A stretch of 64,000 nucleotides of DNA, from positions 6,736-70,735 of the forward strand of contig CAKOOC010000003.1 in NCBI GenBank assembly GCA_934098375.1, given 5' to 3'. This stretch comes from an uncultured Bacilli bacterium (GTDB lineage: Bacteria; Bacillota_I; Bacilli_A; RF39; UBA660). The position numbers and the translations under genes were made by a program. How positions within the stretch are numbered: position 1 is the first letter of the stretch; each line of letters begins with the position of its first letter. Below, piece by piece: positions 35,673 to 45,029 of this stretch. A model generated the notes under the pieces. That model was not told the DNA's origin. It made no database searches and was given only the letters and a program-made list of their open reading frames with translations.

Positions 35673-38600
35673 TACAATGTTTCTGTAACTTCATTTATAA
35701 TTTCAAAAGATTCTACAAATTTAACATAAGATGGTTTTCCTGCTTTTACAACAAAACAGAAATTACTTGGAATATCCTCTCTCATTTCTGGTGTCTTTTG
35801 AGCAACTTTAATACTATATTGATCATTTATGCCATTTCCAATCCAAATACCAAAGTTTCCATTTGCATTTGATCTATACCAAGCTTCCATTTCTACTTTT
35901 CTTATTTTATCAACACTATCAACAATAATGAATTTAAGAATTTCGATATCTTTAGCTTTATCCATCATTTTATCAAACAGTTTTTTATTCTCATCACTAA
36001 TTTTATTCTTAAACGATTCTATGCCAATTATCATACAATATATTTTAGATGTTCCATTAAATATCTCCTTATCATAATTACTATTTACATATTTATCATA
36101 ATTATTAGTTACAAAATTATTTATTTTAGTAAATACTTTATCAAAATCTTTATCTGTATATTGATAATTTCCTTTTTCTAATTCAATTTCTCCCGCATTA
36201 ATAACCATAATTTCTGCTATTTTCTGATAAATGATTTGATTAATAAGAGGATTTAAGAATTTACTTACCGAAAGTATATCTAATGTTGAAATAATATTTA
36301 TTAAATATCTATTAAAATTAAAAGTACAAGCGTTTAAATTATTTTTATTTACCCCAATAACTACTTCATTGCTTGATAAATAATCCTTTATTTCTTTAAA
36401 AGTAACTATATTTGGAAGAACAGGTATTTTATTAGCTTTAACTCTATAAAGAGTATTAGACATTCTAATTTTGCTTTTAACTGTTTCCGATATTTTATCT
36501 TTTTCACTTACCATTGCGGTTTGAAATTCATAAACATCATCTATTTTAACAATACCTCTACCAAATAATTTAGCTGGATAATTTTTATTAACAGAGCCAA
36601 GTATACTTATATAATCATCTTCATTATTTTGATTTAGTACATATACAAGGGAAAAACTTTGTCTTAGTTTATATCTTACCCCATTTGTAGAAGTTACTGT
36701 AAGTACAAAATATATACCATACTTAATACTCTCTCTAGCTAAAACGCTTAAATTTTCCGTTAAATTTTCATATACTTCATTAAATGATTCATAATTATTA
36801 ATTATTATTACAATATTTGGTACTTTTTTATTACTATTTTTAATAAAACTTTCATAATTACCATTAAAATCAGCAAATAAAGTCTTTCTCTCATTAATTG
36901 TGGCCGATATCATTTTAAATAAATTATTTATTTTCTCATCTTCGCCACTTGTTAAAATATCCCCCACTAAATAAGAATTTCTAAACATATTTAAAGTACC
37001 AGATCCAAAATCTATTAAATAATAATTTAATTCTTCTGGCGTATAATTTAAGATTGATGAATAAATCATACTTGTAATAAAGTTTTCTTTACCACTTCCG
37101 GCCGCTCCATAAACTAAAGCATTTCCTTCTTTAGAAATTGGCATTGTTAATATTCTTTGTTCTTGTTTATTTGGTACATCATATTCACCAATTATTGGAT
37201 TAATATTAAATTTTTCTTTGAAGTAAGTAGTTTTATATTTTTCTTCTAAATTATCTATTGTAATAAAGGCCGGTATTTTTTCAAGCCATAATGGTTTTGT
37301 TATTATGTTTTGTTCTTTTGCTAAACCATCTAAATATTTAACTATATTAATAAGTTCTTCTCCATTAGATACTGCTACTTCCTCTTTTTTAATTTTGGTA
37401 TTAATTTTCTTTGTTATATAACCAATATTATTAATAAAATCTATAGAGGTATTTAGTTCTTTACTAACCTTTTCATGCGGAATATACTTTCCACCCGCAT
37501 ATGCAGCTTGGCCTAAAATGAATACCTCATCATAACCAACTTGAAAGTAAAATCTACCCGTTTGTTTTAAATATGCGGCATCGGCTTTTTTAATTACTTC
37601 ATTTGAATCTGAAGTATCTTGTACTCTTAAACAAACTCTAAATCTGGTATTACTCCAAATTTGTGGATCAACAACTCCGCTTGGTTTTTGAGTTGCCAAA
37701 ATTAAATGAACACCTAAACTACGACCAATACGAGCGGTACTTATCAGTTCATCCATAAATTCTGGCTGCTGATTTTTTAGTTCTGCAAATTCATCACATA
37801 TAATAAATAAATGAGATATTGGTTCTGTTATTTCTTTTTCTCTAAACATTTTTTGATATTTATATATATCAATTGTACTTTCTCCAGATATCTCTCTTGC
37901 CTTATTAAATAGTGCCTGTCTTCTTTTAAGTTCAGCTGAAATAGATGCTAAACTTCTTTTAATTTCATTTGCATCTAAATTAGTAATTGTTCCTACTAAA
38001 TGTGGCAATTTTAGTCCGGTTAATTTATTTTCAAAAGCCCCCGCTAAACCACCACCTTTATAATCAATTAATATAAATTGTACTTCATAAGGATGATAAT
38101 TTATGGCCATTGATAATATATACGTAATAATAAACTCTGATTTACCACTACCAGTCATACCTGCAATAAGTCCATGAGGTCCATGATATTTTTCATGTAA
38201 ATCAATCGCGATTAACTCTTCATTTTTTCCTACCCCCACTGGAGCACTTAAATTAAGAATTGGATTGTTTCTTTGCCAGCGCAGAGTTGAATTAAGCTGC
38301 TCGACTTTACCAACATCATACATTTCTAAAAATCCAATTTTTGCTGGAAGTTTACCTTCTGTATCATTTTTAATATCAATTGGTATATTTGCAAGAACTT
38401 TCACACATGCTTCATAATCAATTATTGAATCTAAATCTGGCACAAATTTAATGCATTCATTCGGATTTAAACTATTTCTAATTTCACATTCATGATATTT
38501 ATTACTTAATAAACTCATATCAATAAAAGATGTACATTGATCTGGTAAATTAGTCATTTTTTGCTCTAAAATAAGTAAACTAAAACCACAATACTCTTTA

Positions 38601-40318
38601 TTATTTAAGATATTTTTTACAATATCATACTCTCTTACTTTTTTAAGTGAATCAGTTATTATTAAATATGATTGATTAGCTTTTTCATTTTCACTAACAT
38701 CTTGATTATCACTTTTTCTGTTTTCAAATACTTTATTTAAATAATAACAAACTTCTTTATATTCATCATTATTTGTTGCAAAAAACCTCATCGTTTTATC
38801 ATCAGTAATTAAATGTGGTGCTAGTTTTAAAAAACTCCATTCATGTTCTCTTTCTTCATCTGTAAGAATTACTATTTTTAAATCGTCATAACTATGAAAA
38901 GCTAAAATTTGTATTATTAGTCTTCTAATTAAATTATGTAAGTTAGAAAGACCATAAACACCACTAATATAATTATTTTTAAAAGAATAAGGTATTGCTA
39001 CATTTTCAAGTATCTTAGGAGCACTTCCTAGTTCACTTAGCATTTTCTTTAAATTATCTTCTTCTAATGAAAAGCCTTCTTCCGGATAATTTATATTAAT
39101 TTTCATTGGATAATTTCCTGTTCCCACATTAACTGTTAAAAAGTCTAAATCATCTTTACGTTTTTGCCATAAAGCCGGACTTTTATGCAAGATAATATCT
39201 GCTGCTTTCGTTGTATCTTGATAATACATATTAAGAGCTTCTTCCTGGCTATGTTTATTAATTTCTATTTCTTCTTTTTTAGCATCAATATATTTGCGAT
39301 ATTTTTTTTGCCTTTTTCTTTCTTTATTTGCTCTTTCAAATTTCTCATACCATCTTGTAAATAATGGCCATACAAAAATACTTGCAAACATCGCTCCGCA
39401 TATTATTAATGAAGGAGTAGCTTGTTTTAAAGTTACTGTTCCATTCATTACATTACTTAAAGATTGATATCCCATAACCATTGATGTCATTGACATAGTT
39501 GCCATTGGCCCAATAGTTAATAAAAATGGGCTTTCTTTTTCTTCTTGTTTTGCTGGTGGTGCATCTATTTTTAAATTAAGTGTATTAATTACTGGTACTA
39601 TTCTCGGTTTTTTATAAAAATAATCATTATCGTTATATATAGGATACTCTATTTCAACTGGCATCTCCCTAAAATCAGAATACATTGACCCAATTGTACC
39701 TAATGGAATCATCGTTGTATTTATTGAATTAATAGTTCCATTATTTACGTATAAAACATAACCATTATTAGTAGTCATCGAAATCATCATTCTAAGTCCC
39801 ACAATAAATATTACATCCCCAATTTTTATTTCGGCCTTTTTAGTAATTCTAAAGTTATTTATATAAATCCCATTTTTAGTATCATAAACATAAATATATA
39901 ATTTATTATTTTCTTTCTTTATTACACATGACTCTTTATCTAAATTACTATAATTAATCATAGCGTTAGATTTACTACCTATTAATAATCCTTTATCAAT
40001 ATATTCATTTATTTCATAGCAGTTATAATTTTCAATAACCGGTGAGCAATATAATATGAAAATACTTTTATCTATATCATTTTTTACATAATAAAACTTT
40101 CCAATTTCTAAATAAGTAAAAGGCTCCATTACATTATTTTTAATATAATATACTTCTTTATTACTTATTAATTTCCATCTATCATTTTCTGCTTCAATTG
40201 ATATTAAATTACTTCTATTGCCATTTAAATCAATTCCATCTACCCAGTATACACCCTGAGCTTCAGCAGGTAAAATAATATTTTTAATCGAATAAAGTTT
40301 AATTACGGATATTCTCAT
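35672..40318 (-). CDS. essC: Type VII secretion FtsK/SpoIIIE-family ATPase EssC (YukB-like)
   Basis: 1548 aa. The N-terminal FHA-like tandem region is (GVYWVDGIDL...RWKL; IKIGDVIFIVGLRMM). Two TM helices lie near aa 270-320. ATPase domain 1 has GMTGSGKSE and IICDEFAEL. Domain 2 has a deviant GAAGSGKEN. Domain 3 has no recognisable P-loop. Confidence 0.85.
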   Translation of the reverse strand: MRISVIKLYSIKNIILPAEAQGVYWVDGIDLNGNRSNLISIEAENDRWKLISNKEVYYIKNNVMEPFTYLEIGKFYYVKNDIDKSIFILYCSPVIENYNCYEINEYIDKGLLIGSKSNAMINYSNLDKESCVIKKENNKLYIYVYDTKNGIYINNFRITKKAEIKIGDVIFIVGLRMMISMTTNNGYVLYVNNGTINSINTTMIPLGTIGSMYSDFREMPVEIEYPIYNDNDYFYKKPRIVPVINTLNLKIDAPPAKQEEKESPFLLTIGPMATMSMTSMVMGYQSLSNVMNGTVTLKQATPSLIICGAMFASIFVWPLFTRWYEKFERANKERKRQKKYRKYIDAKKEEIEINKHSQEEALNMYYQDTTKAADIILHKSPALWQKRKDDLDFLTVNVGTGNYPMKININYPEEGFSLEEDNLKKMLSELGSAPKILENVAIPYSFKNNYISGVYGLSNLHNLIRRLIIQILAFHSYDDLKIVILTDEEREHEWSFLKLAPHLITDDKTMRFFATNNDEYKEVCYYLNKVFENRKSDNQDVSENEKANQSYLIITDSLKKVREYDIVKNILNNKEYCGFSLLILEQKMTNLPDQCTSFIDMSLLSNKYHECEIRNSLNPNECIKFVPDLDSIIDYEACVKVLANIPIDIKNDTEGKLPAKIGFLEMYDVGKVEQLNSTLRWQRNNPILNLSAPVGVGKNEELIAIDLHEKYHGPHGLIAGMTGSGKSEFIITYILSMAINYHPYEVQFILIDYKGGGLAGAFENKLTGLKLPHLVGTITNLDANEIKRSLASISAELKRRQALFNKAREISGESTIDIYKYQKMFREKEITEPISHLFIICDEFAELKNQQPEFMDELISTARIGRSLGVHLILATQKPSGVVDPQIWSNTRFRVCLRVQDTSDSNEVIKKADAAYLKQTGRFYFQVGYDEVFILGQAAYAGGKYIPHEKVSKELNTSIDFINNIGYITKKINTKIKKEEVAVSNGEELINIVKYLDGLAKEQNIITKPLWLEKIPAFITIDNLEEKYKTTYFKEKFNINPIIGEYDVPNKQEQRILTMPISKEGNALVYGAAGSGKENFITSMIYSSILNYTPEELNYYLIDFGSGTLNMFRNSYLVGDILTSGEDEKINNLFKMISATINERKTLFADFNGNYESFIKNSNKKVPNIVIIINNYESFNEVYENLTENLSVLARESIKYGIYFVLTVTSTNGVRYKLRQSFSLVYVLNQNNEDDYISILGSVNKNYPAKLFGRGIVKIDDVYEFQTAMVSEKDKISETVKSKIRMSNTLYRVKANKIPVLPNIVTFKEIKDYLSSNEVVIGVNKNNLNACTFNFNRYLINIISTLDILSVSKFLNPLINQIIYQKIAEIMVINAGEIELEKGNYQYTDKDFDKVFTKINNFVTNNYDKYVNSNYDKEIFNGTSKIYCMIIGIESFKNKISDENKKLFDKMMDKAKDIEILKFIIVDSVDKIRKVEMEAWYRSNANGNFGIWIGNGINDQYSIKVAQKTPEMREDIPSNFCFVVKAGKPSYVKFVESFEIINEVTETL

Positions 40319-40397
40319 AATTGCACCCCTTTATTTTATACTATTAAAATTATACTACACTTAAAATAAAAGAACAAATGATATTTGTTTTAGCACA

Positions 40398-40438
40398 TAA
40401 AAAAACTATTATAATTTTATTTCATTTATAATAGTTTT
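40398..40438 (-). terminator. Hairpin terminator or attenuator between the lysozyme-domain gene and essC
   Basis: 13-bp arms AAAACTATTATAA / TTATAATAGTTTT overlap the stop codon. A short T tract follows. Confidence 0.45.
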
Positions 40439-41831
40439 AAATATTAATTGTATTTCTATCAACAAGATTGCTAGCAGCTCGCGCATTTTCACTATTTGCT
40501 CTAGTTAAACCTATTTTATTATTCTCACTACTGTCAACCGATGGAGCTTCATAAAAAATAGTTATATTCTGTGCGATATTTTTATAGTCACGGTCTACTT
40601 TACCTGTAAGCTGATCATGTAATTTTCCATAATCTGCTCCATTAGCCATATTATTATAATCATTTTTTAATTCGTAGTTCATAAATTCTAATTGTCCATC
40701 CATTGAATTAACATCATAGCCATTATCTCTGCAAAAATTTTCTAAAGATGCTTTTCTTTCTTTTGTAAGCCACTGACATATTCCAAAGGCACCGGAAGAA
40801 TTGGTTACTGTTGGATCCATTTGGCTATTTTCATTTAGAAGATTAGCAATCATAGCTTTTGCCCCTTCATCAGTATATCCAAAATCATTTCTCATCTTAT
40901 TATAAGCATAAAGAATTCTTTGATCTGTCTGCTTACTAAATAAATTACTTGGATTAGCTACAACTGTATCGGCAAGATTAATACGCTTACTTTCTATTTT
41001 ACTATCAGCATTTGAAGCAGCAACTGTCTCATCACGTTTAATAGTGTCTTCCTTAGTATCATTTTCTAAATTTTTAGGCTTTATTTCACTATCTAATAGG
41101 CCCCGATTAAGTATTTGCAAAAATAATCCACCATTAGTTGCCACATTTCCTGTACTTACCATATCATAAACAAGTTGGGCTACTTTTTCTCCATACTGAC
41201 TATTAATTTCCTGATATCTTTCTTGTGGATTACCAGAATTAAGAACCGATTGAGCTAAGTCTGTCATATTATTAGCAAGCTCTTTTAAAGTAGAAAAATT
41301 GGCATCCTTATATTTAAAATCTATTGTTATATTATTATCATCACTATTAAGTACATCTGCAATATATTTAGGTACTACTCCATTATTATTAATAGTTTTT
41401 TGTACTGCATCTGCTACCTTTTCGCCATACAAATATGTTAACTTTGCCATTCTTTCATCGCCATTACCATATGGATTACTTGCTGAATTTATTTCCGAAA
41501 CAATCGCTAATATTGTATCAACTGTCAAAAGTTCTTTATTTACTGAAACTGTTGAAAATCCTTTTATAGCGTTAACATCAACCGGTTTATCTTCTATATT
41601 TAAAGCTGTCCTAACAGCTTTCTCTGTTTCCTTTAAAGTTTTCATATCATTTGAAGCTTTAATAAGATAATCTTTCATTTCTGTAAGAAGTGTCGTATAA
41701 GTAAAATCATGTAAGCTACTTGCTTTGCTAATTAATTGGTCTATATGCTTAATTGCCAAAGGAATATTATCATTACATTGGTTAATATAATTAGCTGCTA
41801 AATTGAACAATTCTGGATTATACTCAAACAT
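40437..41831 (-). CDS. T7SS-cluster protein with a helical N-terminus, an internal duplicated module and a C-terminal phage-tail-lysozyme-like peptidoglycan hydrolase domain
   Basis: No signal peptide. The C-terminal part is GAKAMIANLLNENS...GAFGICQWLTKERKASLENFC...MDGQLEFMNYEL. The duplicated segment is ...ERMAKLTYLYGEKVADAV... / ...ERYQEINSQYGEKVAQLV... Confidence 0.5.
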   Translation of the reverse strand: MFEYNPELFNLAANYINQCNDNIPLAIKHIDQLISKASSLHDFTYTTLLTEMKDYLIKASNDMKTLKETEKAVRTALNIEDKPVDVNAIKGFSTVSVNKELLTVDTILAIVSEINSASNPYGNGDERMAKLTYLYGEKVADAVQKTINNNGVVPKYIADVLNSDDNNITIDFKYKDANFSTLKELANNMTDLAQSVLNSGNPQERYQEINSQYGEKVAQLVYDMVSTGNVATNGGLFLQILNRGLLDSEIKPKNLENDTKEDTIKRDETVAASNADSKIESKRINLADTVVANPSNLFSKQTDQRILYAYNKMRNDFGYTDEGAKAMIANLLNENSQMDPTVTNSSGAFGICQWLTKERKASLENFCRDNGYDVNSMDGQLEFMNYELKNDYNNMANGADYGKLHDQLTGKVDRDYKNIAQNITIFYEAPSVDSSENNKIGLTRANSENARAASNLVDRNTINI

Positions 41832-41842
41832 AAATTCACTTC

Positions 41843-42235
41843 CTAACTTCTTAAAGAATATAATTCGGTTTGAATGTTTCTAATATTCAAGTCACAATTA
41901 TTAATTTGCTTTTGAAATTCATTTATTTTTCTTAAACAAAAACTATTTAAACTAGAAACACTATTTTTTGCTAATTCTAAATTTCTATAAATATTGGGAA
42001 TTGACTCTCCGCCCAATATTTCTGTGCCACTTATAAATCCACCATTTCTACTGCTTTCTCCGGCAGCAAAAATATTATCTAACGCTGTTTCCACTGTTTT
42101 AGAATAATTACCTAACTGAGTATTAAATTCTTCATACCCTTTTTTCCAATTCTCGTAAATACTTTTAGTTCTATAATTTCCACGTAATTGATCAGTTAAT
42201 TGATATATTCTTCTTTCTCTTTCAGATGGTGTCAT
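41843..42235 (-). CDS. Small helical T7SS-associated protein (130 aa), family uncertain
   Basis: All-helical and coiled-coil-like, with ENWKKGYEEF. No signal peptide. It is tightly packed between T7SS-type genes. Confidence 0.3.
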   Translation of the reverse strand: MTPSERERRIYQLTDQLRGNYRTKSIYENWKKGYEEFNTQLGNYSKTVETALDNIFAAGESSRNGGFISGTEILGGESIPNIYRNLELAKNSVSSLNSFCLRKINEFQKQINNCDLNIRNIQTELYSLRS

Positions 42236-42246
42236 CTTTTAATTCC

Positions 42247-42858
42247 TTACAAATTATTATTAATATTTGTTGTAGCAGTTGATAAATTGCTTATAGCTTC
42301 ATTAAAATAGGTTGTATATATAGAAGTATTATCAGCAAAACTTTCAAATAAGTTTACAGCACGTTCTCTATTAGCGCCCGCTAACCAATTGGAAAGTAGT
42401 TCATCTTTCTTAGCAGTAAAATCATTTAAAAATTTGTTATAACTATCAAAAATAGTTTCTAAAGTGGCTAAATCATTAAGAATACTTGGATCAACATCAT
42501 ATCTTACTGTTGCTTCTGCTGGAGTAATAGTTGTAAATTCCATTGAAGATGTTAAACTTTCACCAATCATTCCGCCACCACCATTGGCATTTCTTACTTT
42601 TTGTACACTGATCATACTTTCAGCCGCATTATAAGTAACTAATACTGCATTTTGAATTAAAGCTCCTAACCCATTATATACGTTAATTAAGTTATTAATA
42701 TGAGCAGTTGCATCTGAACTTACCCAGTGTGCTTTTAAATTAGCAATATTTGAAGAAAGATTATTTAATAAATCATCTCCTGTACTTAAAGAAAAACTAT
42801 TTATTTCCTTACATTGTTCATATCCTAAATCTAGATTATTTATAACTATATCATTCAC
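42247..42858 (-). CDS. WXG100/LXG-superfamily-like helical protein (203 aa) with two W-x-[SG]-type hairpin motifs
   Basis: LKAHWVSSDATAHINNL in the first half and LLSNWLAGANRERAV in the second. There is a Gly-rich break NANGGGGMIG, no signal peptide, and RBS GGAGGAG. Confidence 0.4.
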   Translation of the reverse strand: MNDIVINNLDLGYEQCKEINSFSLSTGDDLLNNLSSNIANLKAHWVSSDATAHINNLINVYNGLGALIQNAVLVTYNAAESMISVQKVRNANGGGGMIGESLTSSMEFTTITPAEATVRYDVDPSILNDLATLETIFDSYNKFLNDFTAKKDELLSNWLAGANRERAVNLFESFADNTSIYTTYFNEAISNLSTATTNINNNL

Positions 42859-42969
42859 AAAAATCTCCTCCTTCTATTTATTATGAATAATAATCTCGGT
42901 AACCATACCCTAATACCATAATATCATTAATAAAATAATAATAAAGTAGCTGTGTAAATTACTTTACAC

Positions 42970-43227
42970 TTAAATTACTACTATTTTACTGCCATTTTTT
43001 ATTCCCGAATCTTTTACTAAGACGTTATTATCAAATTCTTTACCATTATCTCTATCAATAATTCTAATATCATTAATACTTTTATTAAAAGAATTATTAG
43101 ACTCTTCCCTAATAGCGCTTAAAATATGTGTTTTTATTGTTCCTACTTTTTTATTATTTGGAATGTATACATCAAATTCTAATTCTATAATTGGCACTAT
43201 TACTGTGATTAGGTATTTATTTAGCAT
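42970..43227 (-). CDS. esaB: YukD/EsaB-like ubiquitin-fold T7SS protein
   Basis: 85 aa. The pattern ITVIVPIIELEFDVYIPNNKKVGTIK...VLVKDSGIKNGSKIVVI is typical of YukD-family beta-grasp proteins. Confidence 0.6.
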   Translation of the reverse strand: MLNKYLITVIVPIIELEFDVYIPNNKKVGTIKTHILSAIREESNNSFNKSINDIRIIDRDNGKEFDNNVLVKDSGIKNGSKIVVI

Positions 43228-43251
43228 GAAATCATCCCCGATTCTAAAACG

Positions 43252-43281
43252 ATTATATCACGATAAACGCTATTTAGTAAA
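43252..43281 (-). promoter_or_regulatory. Candidate sigma-A promoter for the cluster
   Basis: On the minus strand: TTTACT, an 18-nt spacer, then TGATATAAT (extended -10). It sits between the RNase J terminator and the esaB-like start. Confidence 0.35.
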
Positions 43282-43310
43282 TTATGAATTAAAAAAAGAA
43301 ACCTAATTTC

Positions 43311-44948
43311 TTAGACTTCTTGAATTACAGCAATTATCATTGGTTTGCACTCAGTTTCTACATAAAAATATTTACTTAATTTTTCTCTAATTTCTGTTTT
43401 AATATTATTAAAATCAACATAATTATTATTTATATTATTATTAATTACTTCCAGTGATATTCTCTTTATTTCATCAATCATTTCTTTCGAATCTTTAACA
43501 TAAATAAATCCGCGAGTTGTTATTTCTGGACCAACTAGTAATCTTTTGTCCTTTTTAGCAAGTGTCGCACTGATAAGCACTATACCATTTTCAGATAACA
43601 TTTCTCTATCTTTTATAACTAAATCGCCAACATCATCTGAGCTTGTTCCATCAATTAAAACATCATCTATAAATATATGTTCTCCTGTTTCTTCTAATTT
43701 TTTATCAATAATAGTTATTACATCACCATTTTGTTTTAAGATAATATTTTCTTTTTGATAACCTAAATTACTAGCTAAATCAGCATTACCAACCATATAT
43801 CTATACTCACCTTTAACAGGTATAAAATATTTTGGTTTTAATAAATTAATCATTAGCATTAAATCTTCTGAAGAAGCATGTAATGAAATACCTTTATCTT
43901 TTGGAATATTAATGGTATTAATATCCATCATCGCAAGTTCATTTTCAATTTTAACAAATAATTTTTCGTTTTCATCATATTTAGGTTCTGCAAAACAAAC
44001 AGTATCAGAACTTATTAACTTAATATATTTATCATTACCAGCTATAATTTTTTCCATTGAATTATATGGATTAGCTCTATCATCACAAACAAGTAATATA
44101 GCATCAGTATCATTTATATTAGATAAATCACCAATCATATTTGTATCTATATCCATATAATTATCTTTTATGGCCATGTTAATTATGTTTTGTAGTTTTT
44201 TACCCATAATTACAATTTTACGATGGGTATTTTTAGCTGCATTAAAGATTCCTTCAATTGTATATAAATGAACCGGAAGCACACTAAATATTACTCTGCC
44301 ACTTGCTTTATTAATAATATTTTTAAAAAATGATGACATATGATGATTAGGACTAGTGTGCCCAATATTTTCTGAAAAACTCGACTCACATAAAAGAGCA
44401 AGTACTCCTTGTTTTCCTACATAAGCTATTTTTCCTAAATCCATATTATATGGTCCCATCATTGATGGATCAATTATAAAATCACCTGTATATACTATAG
44501 CACCATCAGCTGTATTTATTACATACATGACAGAATCCGGAACTGAATGATTAACTCTTACGGGAAATACACTTAATTCTTTACTTATATTAATCTTTTT
44601 ATGTGTTTCAATCAATTTTAAATTACTTGCTGGTATTCCCTCTAATATCATTTGATTATAAGTATATTTTGTTGCGTATACTTTAATCTCTGGTATAACT
44701 TTAATTAAATCATTTACGCCACCATAACTTTCTGGGTGTGCATGTGTTATAAATACCCCTACTATTTTATCTTTGTTTTGAACAAGATAAGAATAATCCG
44801 GTAAAATATAATCTATTCCAAATATTGTATCATTCGCATATTTTAATCCTGCATCAAGGACAAATATATGATCATCTATATTAACAACATAAGTATTTTT
44901 ACCATTTTCATCAAGCCCACCCATGCCAAAAATCTTTATTTTACACAT
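43311..44948 (-). CDS. rnj: Ribonuclease J family protein with a divergent metal-binding motif II
   Basis: MGGLDENGKNTYVV...DAGLKY...GIDYILPDYSYLVQNKDKIVGVFITHAHPESYGG, plus HSVPDS and YTGDFIID. The canonical HGHEDH reads HAHPES here. Confidence 0.8.
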   Translation of the reverse strand: MCKIKIFGMGGLDENGKNTYVVNIDDHIFVLDAGLKYANDTIFGIDYILPDYSYLVQNKDKIVGVFITHAHPESYGGVNDLIKVIPEIKVYATKYTYNQMILEGIPASNLKLIETHKKINISKELSVFPVRVNHSVPDSVMYVINTADGAIVYTGDFIIDPSMMGPYNMDLGKIAYVGKQGVLALLCESSFSENIGHTSPNHHMSSFFKNIINKASGRVIFSVLPVHLYTIEGIFNAAKNTHRKIVIMGKKLQNIINMAIKDNYMDIDTNMIGDLSNINDTDAILLVCDDRANPYNSMEKIIAGNDKYIKLISSDTVCFAEPKYDENEKLFVKIENELAMMDINTINIPKDKGISLHASSEDLMLMINLLKPKYFIPVKGEYRYMVGNADLASNLGYQKENIILKQNGDVITIIDKKLEETGEHIFIDDVLIDGTSSDDVGDLVIKDREMLSENGIVLISATLAKKDKRLLVGPEITTRGFIYVKDSKEMIDEIKRISLEVINNNINNNYVDFNNIKTEIREKLSKYFYVETECKPMIIAVIQEV

Positions 44949-45029
44949 TTATTATCACTCTTTCTTATATTTAAAGTTCTTTTCGGTAAACCAATTATAT
45001 CAAAATATTTATTTTTTTTCAATTATTTT

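Noticed and set aside
11574-43281. Interpreting the whole cluster as an ordinary integrative conjugative element
   Set aside because: No integrase, relaxase or excisionase is present, no flanking tRNA exists, and no direct repeats are recognisable at the borders. The borders coincide with a normal promoter and terminators next to housekeeping genes. This cannot be fully excluded without searches.
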